From Chloroflexota bacterium (GTDB lineage: Bacteria > Chloroflexota > Anaerolineae > UBA1429): 42,222 nucleotides of DNA. The DNA is taken from assembly GCA_012515695.1 (NCBI GenBank), contig JAAYXX010000322.1:1-42222 (forward strand). Direction: 5' to 3'. Under the pieces are notes generated by a model. The model saw only the letters and a list, made by a program, of their open reading frames with translations. It made no database searches and had not been told where the DNA came from. Position numbers and translations under genes: made by a program. This document shows positions 8,563 through 17,163 of the stretch, piece after piece (the first letter of the stretch is position 1; every line of letters starts with the position of its first letter).

Positions 8563-8762
8563 ATTGATACATGCTCCTTGTCGTATTTTGTGAGTGCAAC
8601 GAATGCTACAACTCGTTTGAGAATGGGCGACATGGGCCGCCGGCGCCATTCTACCCTGTTTGTTGCGTGCGGGTCAAATCCCCGGTTACGTGCTATAATA
8701 GAATGGCTTACGACGGCCTTGCTCTTGACCACACAACAACGAGGGAGATTCCGAGGGGAATT

Positions 8763-11234
8763 ATGAATACTGCAAACGCATCACCCGTCACCGTGCATCT
8801 GGTAGGCAATGCCCACATTGACCCTGTGTGGCTGTGGACTGTGGATGAGGGGCGGGCGGAGGTGCTCTCTACCTACCGCACCGCCATCGGGCTGATTCGC
8901 GATTTCGACGGCTATGTGTTTACCAGTGGAGGGGCCGCTACATATAATTGGGTCGCCGAGGATGACCCGGCCCTGTTTGAGGCCATCCAGCAGGCCATCG
9001 CGGCGGGCAAATGGGCGCTGGTCAATGGGTGGTGGCTGCAACCCGATTGCAACATCCCCAGCGGCGAGTCTTTTGCCCGGCACGCCCTGTATGGGCAACG
9101 GTTCCTGATGCAGCACTTTGGGCGGCGGGCGCACGTGGGCTATAACGTGGACTCGTTCGGGCACGCGGGCACGCTGCCCCAACTGCTCAAGCTGGGCGGG
9201 CTGGATTATTATGTGTTCTTCCGCCCCGGCCCCCACGAAAAAGACCTGCCTGACGGCCCCTTCTGGTGGGAGGCTCCCGGCGGAACTCGCGTGTTGACCT
9301 GCCGCCCGCCGCTGCACTATGGCAGCCCCGATGATGACAAGATCGTGCAGCGCATCGAGGCCGCGGCGGCAGATGCCCCCCAGGGTTTGCCCATTGTGAT
9401 GTGTTTCTATGGGGTGGGCAACCACGGCGGCGGCCCTACCCGGCGCAATGTGCAGGCTATTATCGAGTACCAGCAACAGCAGGACGCGGTGCGCCCGCTG
9501 TTCTCCACGCCCGACAACTATTTCCACGCGGTAGAAGGGCTTTCGGACAACTGGCCGGTGGTTCACGACGACTTGCAGCATCACGCGCGCGGGTGCTATA
9601 CCGCGTTCTCGCAGATCAAGCGCGACAACCGCTATGGCGAGCACGCGCTGATGCAGGCTGAACGCCTGTCTACCCTGGCCAGCGTCTTGTGCCAGACCCC
9701 CGCAACAGGCGAGGAAATCCGCGAGGCGTGGCAGTTGGTGCTGTTCAACCAGTTCCACGACATTCTCGCCGGGACGTCTATCCGCGATGCGTATGTACAA
9801 ACCAGCAACGAGGCCGAACAGGTCTATGAGACGGCGGGGCGCATCCGCGAAGCGGCGTTGCAGCAATTGACGGCGAATGTGGACGTGCCAGAGCGCGAGG
9901 GCCGCCCGGTGATCGTGTGGAATCCCCTGGGCTGGGACCGCACGGACATCGCCCATCTGGCGCTGCCGTTTAGCGACTGGCGCCAGGATTTCGGGGGCAC
10001 GCGTTTCCCTGCTGCCCCCACGCTGCGCGACCAGGACGGGCACGAAATCCCCTGTCAGGTCACCGATATCGAGTTTGACTACTATACCTATGTGGTCCAC
10101 GTAGATACTCGCGTTACTGTGCCTGCCCTGGGGTCGCGTGTGCTGTATGTCTCGCTGCCAGACACCAACCCGCCAGAAAGCGCCCCCCAGCCGCCACAAG
10201 CCCAGGAGATTGCCAACGAGTATTACCGCCTGCGCGTAGACCCCGCCACCGGCTGGATCTCTAGCTTGTGGGATATTGAACAGCAGCGCGAAGTGCTTTC
10301 TGGCCCGGCCAATGTGCCGTTGGTGATAGACGACCCCAGCGACACCTGGAGCCACAACATTGCGAGTTTTCGCGATGTTATCGGGCAGTTCCGGGCCACT
10401 GGCCCCGCCGTCTTGGTGCAGGATGGGCCGGTCAAGCGCACTCTGCGCGTGCAAAGCGCCTGGCAAAGCTCGACCATCGTGCAGGATATTACCCTCTACA
10501 GCGGCAGCCGCGCCGTGGAGGTGAACATGCTGGTGGACTGGCACGAGCAGCACAAGATGCTCAAGCTGGCCTTCCCGCTGGCCCTCGACGCGCCCCAGGT
10601 AACGGCGTCCGCCCCTTATGGCTGGATCAAGCGGCAGCCCAACGGAGAGGAAGAACCCTGCCAGGCATGGGTAGACCTGAGCGGCCAGGTAGAGGGCAGT
10701 TCCTACGGCCTGACGCTGGTGAACGATAGCAAGTATGGATATGATGCGCTGGACAATGAACTGCGGCTGAGTGTGCTGCGTAGCCCCATCTATGCCTTCC
10801 ACGACCCCCGCAAGACAAAGCCCGGCGTTACCTACCACTACACAGACCAGGGCCAGCAGACGGTGCGCTATTTGCTGGTTCCGCACGCAGGCGGCTGGGA
10901 ATCGGCGCGTCCAGATCGGTATAGCTACGAGCTGCTGGAGCCGTTGATCGCCCGGCAGGTTGCCCCGCACAGCGGCCCGTGGGCCGAGCAGTCGCTATTG
11001 CGCGCCGAGCCGGGCCATGTGGCGCTTACCGCTGTCAAGCTGGACGAGGAGGGCCGACGCCTGCTCGTGCGCGGCTATGAGACGGTGGGCCAGGCGGCCC
11101 GCCTGACGCTGACCTCTGACGTGTTGGGCCGCCGGTGGACATACGACGTGGCCCCGCACCAAATCTGGACGCTGGCCCTGCCCCTGGAAGGGGGCGCGCC
11201 GACTCCACTGAACTTTTTGGAGGAAGAACTATAG
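8763..11234 (+). CDS. GH38 alpha-mannosidase (cytoplasmic type, no signal peptide)
   Basis: ORF 8571..11234 trimmed to ATG 8763 (MNTANASPVTVHLVGNAHIDPVWLW). Motifs HIDPVWLW, GWWLQPDCN and FYGVGNHGGGP are typical of the GH38 N-terminal catalytic domain. 823 aa. Confidence 0.9.
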   Translation: MNTANASPVTVHLVGNAHIDPVWLWTVDEGRAEVLSTYRTAIGLIRDFDGYVFTSGGAATYNWVAEDDPALFEAIQQAIAAGKWALVNGWWLQPDCNIPSGESFARHALYGQRFLMQHFGRRAHVGYNVDSFGHAGTLPQLLKLGGLDYYVFFRPGPHEKDLPDGPFWWEAPGGTRVLTCRPPLHYGSPDDDKIVQRIEAAAADAPQGLPIVMCFYGVGNHGGGPTRRNVQAIIEYQQQQDAVRPLFSTPDNYFHAVEGLSDNWPVVHDDLQHHARGCYTAFSQIKRDNRYGEHALMQAERLSTLASVLCQTPATGEEIREAWQLVLFNQFHDILAGTSIRDAYVQTSNEAEQVYETAGRIREAALQQLTANVDVPEREGRPVIVWNPLGWDRTDIAHLALPFSDWRQDFGGTRFPAAPTLRDQDGHEIPCQVTDIEFDYYTYVVHVDTRVTVPALGSRVLYVSLPDTNPPESAPQPPQAQEIANEYYRLRVDPATGWISSLWDIEQQREVLSGPANVPLVIDDPSDTWSHNIASFRDVIGQFRATGPAVLVQDGPVKRTLRVQSAWQSSTIVQDITLYSGSRAVEVNMLVDWHEQHKMLKLAFPLALDAPQVTASAPYGWIKRQPNGEEEPCQAWVDLSGQVEGSSYGLTLVNDSKYGYDALDNELRLSVLRSPIYAFHDPRKTKPGVTYHYTDQGQQTVRYLLVPHAGGWESARPDRYSYELLEPLIARQVAPHSGPWAEQSLLRAEPGHVALTAVKLDEEGRRLLVRGYETVGQAARLTLTSDVLGRRWTYDVAPHQIWTLALPLEGGAPTPLNFLEEEL

Positions 11235-11347
11235 CCGTCGGGGATGCAACCTTGCGCCCTTGATGCGGGTCTAAATAATGTACGGGGTAGGGCACAGTCC
11301 CTGCCCCGTGGCAGGCACAGGCGTGTGCGCTGTTGCTTGCCTGAGGT

Positions 11348-11450
11348 ATACTACAACCGTGTGGAAAACCTGCCCGCGAGTTTCGCGCGCGAAACTCGCA
11401 CGCGAAACTCGCGCCGACGCAGTGTGCAAAGCGCCTGGCGGTTGTAGTAT
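11348..11450 (+). promoter_or_regulatory. structured leader element upstream of the membrane-protein/ECF-sigma operon
   Basis: 12-bp inverted repeat atactacaaccg (11348-11359) / cggttgtagtat (11439-11450), ending 1 nt before the GGGAGG SD. The interior has GCGAGTTTCGCG (11376-11387) followed by two copies of its reverse complement CGCGAAACTCGC (11388-11399, 11401-11412). Confidence 0.5.
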
Positions 11451-11461
11451 TGGGAGGTGGA

Positions 11462-11941
11462 ATGGAACTCACGCCTTTGAGTCTCATTGTCATTTTGTTT
11501 GGTCTGTTAATCGTCGTGATGGGGTTTATCACGCTCAACCGATATATCAGCTACAAAGAGCGTGTCGCCCTGGCGCAGTTGGGGTTCTCATTAGAGGACC
11601 AGACTCGAGCTACCGCAAAAAGGCACGGCAACCGTGGCGTGCTCTGGGGTGGCGTGATTACGGCGATGAGCGGATTGGCCCTGTTGTTGGGGCTGTCTAC
11701 CCTGGGTATGGGCGCCTGGCTTCTTGGTGGGCTGCTTCCTCTGTTCGTGGGCTTGGGCATGGTCCTGATCTATTTTGCGACGATGGGCACTGGCCCGAAT
11801 ACGGACAACCAGCCAAATGAACCTGCGGAAGAATGGGAACCAGAGGAAGACAAGCCGGGTGTGCAGGATGCCAGCGAAGGAATCTCCTTTGTCGCCAATA
11901 CCGGGGACCAAGACGACGACCAGCCAGCCGCGCAGCAGTGA
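11462..11941 (+). CDS. small membrane protein with acidic C-terminal tail (uncharacterised)
   Basis: ATG 11462 lies 5 nt after GGGAGG. Three hydrophobic helices, then a Asp/Glu/Pro-rich tail. First gene of an apparent operon with the ECF sigma factor. Confidence 0.55.
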   Translation: MELTPLSLIVILFGLLIVVMGFITLNRYISYKERVALAQLGFSLEDQTRATAKRHGNRGVLWGGVITAMSGLALLLGLSTLGMGAWLLGGLLPLFVGLGMVLIYFATMGTGPNTDNQPNEPAEEWEPEEDKPGVQDASEGISFVANTGDQDDDQPAAQQ

Positions 11942-11959
11942 GTCCCGTGAGGGCCAACG

Positions 11960-12589
11960 ATGCGGCTTGCTGACAATGGCAACAGACGGGCGGGGCCGGG
12001 GGGTGTTGCGGTGAGCGATCCCCACGCCGAGTTGATCGCCCGTTGTCAGGAGGGGGATACCCTCGCCTTTGCCAATCTGGTCGCCCAGACGCAAACCAGC
12101 GTCTATAATCTGGCGTATAGTGTATTGCATGACCGGGAAGAGGCGCAAGACATGACGCAGGAAGTATATCTAAAGGTCTGGCGCGCTCTGCCCAGTTTTC
12201 GAGGAGAGTCCAAGTTTTCAAGCTGGCTCTATCGGATTACGATAAACGCTTGCCTGAATCGCCGACGCCAGTTGCGTAAGGACCTGGTCGTTGTGGATCA
12301 TGAGGACGCTATCGAAGGGCTGGCGGCCCATCGCGGCGACCCGGTAAAAGAGGCCCTCACGAAGGAGCGCAACGAGTGGATATGGGCGGCAGTGGATCGC
12401 CTGGCGGAGAAATACCGGCTGGTGATTACCCTGTTCTATCAGGAGCAGCTTTCGTATCAGGAAATCGCCGAAATGCTTTCGCTGCCCCTGGGAACCATCA
12501 AGGCCCATTTGAACCGCGCGCGCGAGGCGTTGGCCAAGAGCCTGAACTCGCAGGAGAATGCCAGTGAATTGCAAGATGGTTCGCAGTGA
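11960..12589 (+). CDS. ECF (sigma-70 family, group IV) RNA polymerase sigma factor
   Basis: Region 2 (DMTQEVYLKVW...FSSWLYRITINA) and region 4 HTH (LSYQEIAEMLSLPLGTIKAHLNRAREAL). Start is ambiguous between ATG 11960 and GTG 12011. Confidence 0.85.
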   Translation: MRLADNGNRRAGPGGVAVSDPHAELIARCQEGDTLAFANLVAQTQTSVYNLAYSVLHDREEAQDMTQEVYLKVWRALPSFRGESKFSSWLYRITINACLNRRRQLRKDLVVVDHEDAIEGLAAHRGDPVKEALTKERNEWIWAAVDRLAEKYRLVITLFYQEQLSYQEIAEMLSLPLGTIKAHLNRAREALAKSLNSQENASELQDGSQ

Positions 12590-13166
12590 CTTGCCCCAAT
12601 ATATCGCTGACGGTGAGCCGCCTCTGGCAACCTATGCCGGGTTGCGGGGGCATCTGGCTGATTGCGCCGCCTGTCAGAGCTATGCGGAGCGCTTGCGGGC
12701 CGTGGAAGACGCGCTGCACGCCTATCCCCCTGTTGCTTCGCCCGCGTGTCTGGCGCACTCGGTGGTGGATGCGATTGTTCAGGAGCAGCAGGCCCGGCCC
12801 GAGGAGTGGGAATTGCTGCCCTGGGATGTTTGGGTCCCCGCCGCCGCCTTTGCGCTGGCAATCCTGATCGCCATGATGTCTATCCCCTCGCAGCTGTTGA
12901 CCATTCCCGGTGTGGAGGCAATCAGCGAAACCATACAGCAATGGCCTACTACAATTAGCGGATGGGTCAACAGCGTGCGCCTGATGACCAAGGAGCATGT
13001 GTTCTGGGCAATTTGGAGCGGGGTGTTTGCCACTACCGCTGGCCTGGGCATCAGCCTGAGCCTGGTTTATTTCCACAAGCTGTCCAGGCAAAAGCTGAAC
13101 GACCTGGAGACGCGGGTCGCGGATACGGCCAACCGCCTGCTCGATTACGCCCGGCGCACCCACTAG
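12558..13166 (+). CDS. zinc-finger (zf-HC2/ZAS-type) anti-sigma factor, membrane-spanning
   Basis: The N-terminus NCKMVRSDLPQYIADGE...GHLADCAACQSY fits C-x(n)-H-x3-C-x2-C, followed by TM helices (VWVPAAAFALAILIAMM; FWAIWSGVFATTAGLGISL). Overlaps the sigma gene by 32 nt. Confidence 0.65.
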   Translation: MPVNCKMVRSDLPQYIADGEPPLATYAGLRGHLADCAACQSYAERLRAVEDALHAYPPVASPACLAHSVVDAIVQEQQARPEEWELLPWDVWVPAAAFALAILIAMMSIPSQLLTIPGVEAISETIQQWPTTISGWVNSVRLMTKEHVFWAIWSGVFATTAGLGISLSLVYFHKLSRQKLNDLETRVADTANRLLDYARRTH

Positions 13167-13223
13167 CACCCTGTAGGCGCAGTTTCCATCCCCTTTTGTG
13201 GACAACCCCTATCCCCGGCAGAT

Positions 13224-13337
13224 TTGCCTTCCGCGCCCGGCTTGGGCATAATGGGGGCAGCCGATCCATTCGGCAGCCCGTTCCCTGCTCGCCCTCAACG
13301 CCGAGGACTACCACGACTCTGAGCCGAGTCTTTTTTT
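13224..13337 (+). ncRNA. candidate short independent transcript (promoter TTGCCT-17-CATAAT, about 75-nt body, weak intrinsic terminator)
   Basis: TTGCCT at 13224-13229 and CATAAT at 13247-13252. Hairpin gccga-tccat-tcggc near the 5' end. Terminator-like gactc-tgagcc-gagtc followed by T7 (13315-13337). No ORF. Confidence 0.2.
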
Positions 13338-13466
13338 CCACCTGACCCATCAGCGCAGATTGCACAAAGCGTAGCACGTGTAACGTGGTGAGGCCAACCC
13401 CTTCCGCCCGTCGCGGACGAGTCCCCCACCATAGGCCGTTCTATCAACGCAACACAGAGGAGTATC

Positions 13467-15392
13467 ATGGGCGAGAACCTGACCCGCAAAATCATCGGCG
13501 AGCACCTGGTTTCCGGTGAGATGTCCCCCGGCGCGGAAATTGGTTTGCGTATAGACCAGACCTTGACCCAAGACGCCACCGGCACAATGGCCTATCTGCA
13601 ATTCGAGGCCATCGGGCTGGAGCGAGTCAAGACGGAGCTGTCGGTCAGCTATGTGGACCACAACATGCTCCAGTCCGATTTCCGCAATGCAGACGATCAC
13701 CTGTATTTGCAAACGGTAGCCGCCAGGCACGGCATTACCTTTTCTCGGCCCGGCAATGGCATCTGCCATCAGGTACACCTGGAGCGGTTCGGCGTGCCGG
13801 GCAAGACCTTGCTGGGGGCCGACAGCCACACCCCCACCGGCGGCGGCCTGGGCATGTTGGCAATTGGGGCCGGCGGGCTGGACGTGGCCGTGGCGATGGC
13901 GGGCGCGCCGTTCTATGTCTCTATGCCCAAGGTTGTGCTGGTGCGCCTGGAGGGGAAACTGCCGCCGTGGGTTGCCGCCAAGGATGTGATCCTCGAGCTG
14001 TTGCGCCGGTTGTCGGTCAAGGGCGGCGTGGGCAAGGTGATCGAATACGGCGGCCTTGGGGTAGCTACCCTGACTGTGCCTGAGCGGGCCACCATCACCC
14101 ACATGGGCGCCGAGCTAGGGGCCACCACGTCCATCTTTCCCAGCGACGAGCGCACCCGCGAGTTCCTGGCTGCCCAGGGGCGTGAGCAGGATTGGCGCCC
14201 GCTGGCCGCTGACCCGGACGCGGAGTATGACCAGGTGATTACCCTGGACCTGTCCGAGCTAGAGCCGTTGGTAGCCTGCCCCCACAGCCCGGATAACGTC
14301 GTGCCGGTGCGCGAACTGGCGGGGCTGCCCGTCCAGCAGGTGTGCATTGGCAGTTGCACCAATTCTTCCGTGATGGATCTGGAAAAAGTGGCGGCCATGC
14401 TCGCCGGTCACACAGTAGCGCCCGGCGTCTCGTTGACCATCAGCCCCGGCAGCAAGCAAGCCCTGACCATGATCGCCAAGAGCGGGGCATTAGCCACGTT
14501 GGTGGCTGCTGGGGCGCGCGTGCTCGAATCCGCCTGCGGCCCCTGCCTGGGCCAGGGACAGGCTCCGTCCAGCGGGGCGGTCTCGGTGCGCTCGTTCAAC
14601 CGCAACTTTCAGGGGCGCAGCGGCACCACCGACGCGCAGGTCTACCTCGCCAGCGCCGAAGTGTGCGCGGCTACGGCCCTGCGGGGCGCGCTGACTGATC
14701 CCCGCGAGTTGGGCGAGATGCCAGTTGTTACCATGCCACAGGCGTATGTTCTCAACGATAACATGGTGATCGCGCCGCCCGCGGATGCCAGCCAGGTAGA
14801 GGTGGTGCGCGGGCCAAACATCAAGCCCTTGCCCACACGCGGCCCGTTGGACGATACGCTGCAAGGCGAACTCTTGCTGGTGATGGGCGACAACATTACC
14901 ACGGACCATATCCTGCCCGCCGGGGCCAAGATACTGCCCTTGCGCTCCAACATTCCGGCGATTAGCGAGTACGCTTTTACCCGGGTAGACCCCACCTTCC
15001 CCGAACGCGCCAAGGCAGCGGGAAGCGGGTTTGTGCTGGGCGGCGAGAATTATGGACAGGGTTCCAGCCGGGAGCACGCGGCGCTGGCCCCGATGTACCT
15101 GGGCGTGCGGGCTGTGTTGGCGAAGAGCTTTGCCCGTATCCATCAGGCCAACTTGATCAACTTTGGGATTCTGCCCCTGGTGTTCGCCCGGCCAGAGGAT
15201 GCCGAGCGCCTGAAGCAAGGGGATGTGTTGCGTTTGCCGGAGGTGCGCGCGCGCCTGAGCGCGGGCCAACTCGTGACGGTGGTGGACGTGACGCAGGGGA
15301 TCGAAATCCCGATGACATATGACCTGTCAGAGCGGCAGATAGAGATTATCCTGGCGGGCGGCCTGCTGAACTATATCCAGGCCACCGCCTGA
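13467..15392 (+). CDS. aconitate hydratase (short, about 640-aa form of the aconitase family)
   Basis: 641 aa. Fe-S ligand contexts LLGADSHTPTGGG, CIGSCTNSS and SACGPCLGQG. C-terminal swivel-domain motif GGENYGQGSSREHAALAP. GAGGAG SD. Followed by an IDH-like gene. Confidence 0.8.
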   Translation: MGENLTRKIIGEHLVSGEMSPGAEIGLRIDQTLTQDATGTMAYLQFEAIGLERVKTELSVSYVDHNMLQSDFRNADDHLYLQTVAARHGITFSRPGNGICHQVHLERFGVPGKTLLGADSHTPTGGGLGMLAIGAGGLDVAVAMAGAPFYVSMPKVVLVRLEGKLPPWVAAKDVILELLRRLSVKGGVGKVIEYGGLGVATLTVPERATITHMGAELGATTSIFPSDERTREFLAAQGREQDWRPLAADPDAEYDQVITLDLSELEPLVACPHSPDNVVPVRELAGLPVQQVCIGSCTNSSVMDLEKVAAMLAGHTVAPGVSLTISPGSKQALTMIAKSGALATLVAAGARVLESACGPCLGQGQAPSSGAVSVRSFNRNFQGRSGTTDAQVYLASAEVCAATALRGALTDPRELGEMPVVTMPQAYVLNDNMVIAPPADASQVEVVRGPNIKPLPTRGPLDDTLQGELLLVMGDNITTDHILPAGAKILPLRSNIPAISEYAFTRVDPTFPERAKAAGSGFVLGGENYGQGSSREHAALAPMYLGVRAVLAKSFARIHQANLINFGILPLVFARPEDAERLKQGDVLRLPEVRARLSAGQLVTVVDVTQGIEIPMTYDLSERQIEIILAGGLLNYIQATA

Positions 15393-15448
15393 CGGCGGTT
15401 CGAACTGCAATCCGGCAAGCGTTTTAGCATACAAAGCGAGGAGCCACG

Positions 15449-16468
15449 ATGAGCTATACTGTCACCTTGATTCCTGGCGATGGCATCGGCCCGGAAGTCT
15501 CTCAGGCCATGCAGCGCGTGGTAGAAGCGACGGGCGTTTCCATCGAGTGGGAAGTCCACGAGGCAGGCGAGGCCGTCATTCAGAAATACGGCACGCCGTT
15601 GCCTGATCATGTGCTCGAGTCCATTCGCCGTAACAAAGTAGGCATCAAAGGCCCTATCACCACGCCGGTGGGCAAGGGATTCCGCAGCGTCAACGTCTCG
15701 CTCCGCAAGGCGCTAGAGTTGTATGCCAACCTGCGGCCCGCCCAGAGCATTCCCGGTGTCCCTGCCCCCTATCGCAACGTGGACCTGGTGATCGTGCGCG
15801 AGAACACCGAGGGGATGTATGTGGGCATTGAGCACGAGGTGATCCCCGGCGAGGCGGCGGAAGCGATCCGCATCATCACCCGGCGTGCCACCGAGCGGAT
15901 TGCGCGGTTTGCCTTTGAGTATGCTCGCACCAATGGCCGCAAGACGGTCACGGCTGTCCACAAGGGCAACATCCTCAAGCTGACCGATGGCTTGTTCCTG
16001 CGTACCGTCCAGCAGGTTGCCCAGGAATACCCCGATATTGCCCTGAATGACCGCATTGTAGACAACCTGTGCATGCAGTTGGTCCAGCGCCCGCACGAAT
16101 ATGACGTGCTGGTGCTGTCCAACCTGTTCGGGGATATTGTCAGCGATCTCTGCTCTGGCCTGGTGGGCGGGCTGGGCGTTACGCCCGGCGCGAACATTGG
16201 GGATGGCATCGCTGTGTTCGAGCCGGTACACGGCTCGGCCCCCAAGTACACCGGCCAGAACAAGGTCAACCCCACGGCCACCATTCGCTCCGGCGCGCTG
16301 ATGCTGCGCTTCTTGGGCGAAGTAGAGGCCGCCGACCGCATCGAGCGGGCCGTGGCGCAGGTGATCGGCGAGGGTAAGCGGGTCACCTATGACCTCAAGC
16401 TGGATCGCAACGACCCCACCGCTGTGGGCACGCAGGAAATGGCCGACGCGATTATCGAGGCGCTGTAA
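15449..16468 (+). CDS. NAD-dependent isocitrate dehydrogenase-like (isocitrate/isopropylmalate dehydrogenase family)
   Basis: 339 aa. [39 protein letters not shown] and [10 protein letters not shown]. Size and pattern resemble IDH3-type NAD-IDH. Substrate inferred partly from the aconitase neighbour. Confidence 0.75.
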   Translation: MSYTVTLIPGDGIGPEVSQAMQRVVEATGVSIEWEVHEAGEAVIQKYGTPLPDHVLESIRRNKVGIKGPITTPVGKGFRSVNVSLRKALELYANLRPAQSIPGVPAPYRNVDLVIVRENTEGMYVGIEHEVIPGEAAEAIRIITRRATERIARFAFEYARTNGRKTVTAVHKGNILKLTDGLFLRTVQQVAQEYPDIALNDRIVDNLCMQLVQRPHEYDVLVLSNLFGDIVSDLCSGLVGGLGVTPGANIGDGIAVFEPVHGSAPKYTGQNKVNPTATIRSGALMLRFLGEVEAADRIERAVAQVIGEGKRVTYDLKLDRNDPTAVGTQEMADAIIEAL

Positions 16469-16492
16469 AGCCACTTGCGTAGACTAGAAATG

Positions 16493-16528
16493 ACGCGCCG
16501 GACGGGCACTCGATCCCGTCCGGCGCGT
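16493..16528. terminator. bidirectional hairpin terminator
   Basis: 14-bp perfect stem acgcgccggacggg (16493-16506) / cccgtccggcgcgt (16515-16528) between the convergent IDH-like and DUF1573-like genes. Confidence 0.65.
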
Positions 16529-16619
16529 TCTCCTAGAGGAGGAAAAGGGGCAATCGCTTCAGGCGACAAGGGCGCGGGATTGTCCAGGCCAGCGCGTTTC
16601 GCCCCCCGTTTGGTCTGGT

Positions 16620-17132
16620 CTAGCCGAAATTCGCCTTGATGGTGACGGCAACCTCCGGCGCGGCAGGGTCGTTCGATGCAACGATGTAGCGGATTTCATG
16701 AGGGCCGCCCATGCCTTCCCCCATGCGAATGCGAACTCGCACCGTGCCGCTCTCTCCCGGCTGAAGGGTCGTCGAACTGACGACCGCTCTGGGCGGTCAA
16801 CACCCCTCCACAAGCTCAATCTTGGGTTCTTCCTGGATGACCAGAGGTTGGTCCCCGACATTGCGATAGACGAAATCGTGCTCCACATACTCGTCGAGGG
16901 GCACATCTCCAAAGTCGTAAAACGTCTCCTCAAACGCGATGCGCGGCCCGCTATCGCCTACAGGCTGGCCTGTCGGGCCGCCCCGATTGGCGCCCCAGGC
17001 CGCCCAGGCCAGCGCCACGAGCAGCGCCCCCGCGATAGCCAGCCAGGGCCAGATCTGGCGGAGAGCAAAACGCCGGTCAGATCGGCGCGCAGGATGGCGC
17101 GGCGTATGTGATGTATAGCGCGAATTGTTCAC
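16620..17132 (-). CDS. membrane-anchored DUF1573-like protein interrupted by one in-frame TGA at 16797-16799 (candidate Sec recoding, or pseudogene)
   Basis: GTG 17132 (GGAAGAGG SD), N-terminal TM helix, then FYDFGDVPLDEYVEHDFVYRNVGDQPLVI...ELVEGC-TGA-PPRAVVSSTTLQPGESGTVRVRIR...IVASNDPAAPEVAVTIKANFG-TAG (16620-16622). The domain signature (PGE-x-G, SNDP) continues in the same frame after the TGA. Confidence 0.6.
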
Positions 17133-17163
17133 AACAAACCTCTTCCCAATAGGCCAAACCGAA

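Noticed and set aside
8781-10970. 729-aa ORF antisense to the GH38 mannosidase gene
   Set aside because: Arg/Gly/Ala/Pro/His-rich low-complexity translation with no recognisable motifs. This is a typical shadow ORF of a GC-rich gene, and the sense strand has clear GH38 motifs.
13467-16468. Alternative reading of the aconitase/IDH pair as homoaconitase/homoisocitrate dehydrogenase (AAA lysine pathway)
   Set aside because: I cannot discriminate the two by eye. No lysX/lysW/homocitrate-synthase genes are adjacent, so the TCA assignment is kept at family-level confidence.
16797-16799. Genome-wide TGA reassignment (code 4/25-like) as the explanation for the in-frame TGA
   Set aside because: TGA clearly terminates several well-defined genes here (btuC 20454-20456, cobT 24340-24342, cobC 25972-25974, cobQ 27471-27473, ECF sigma 12587-12589).
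16559-16933. 124-aa alternative-frame ORF overlapping the DUF1573 region
   Set aside because: It has no motifs and is Arg/Ser-rich. The in-frame continuation after the TGA carries the remaining DUF1573 signature, so it is the better explanation for this DNA.
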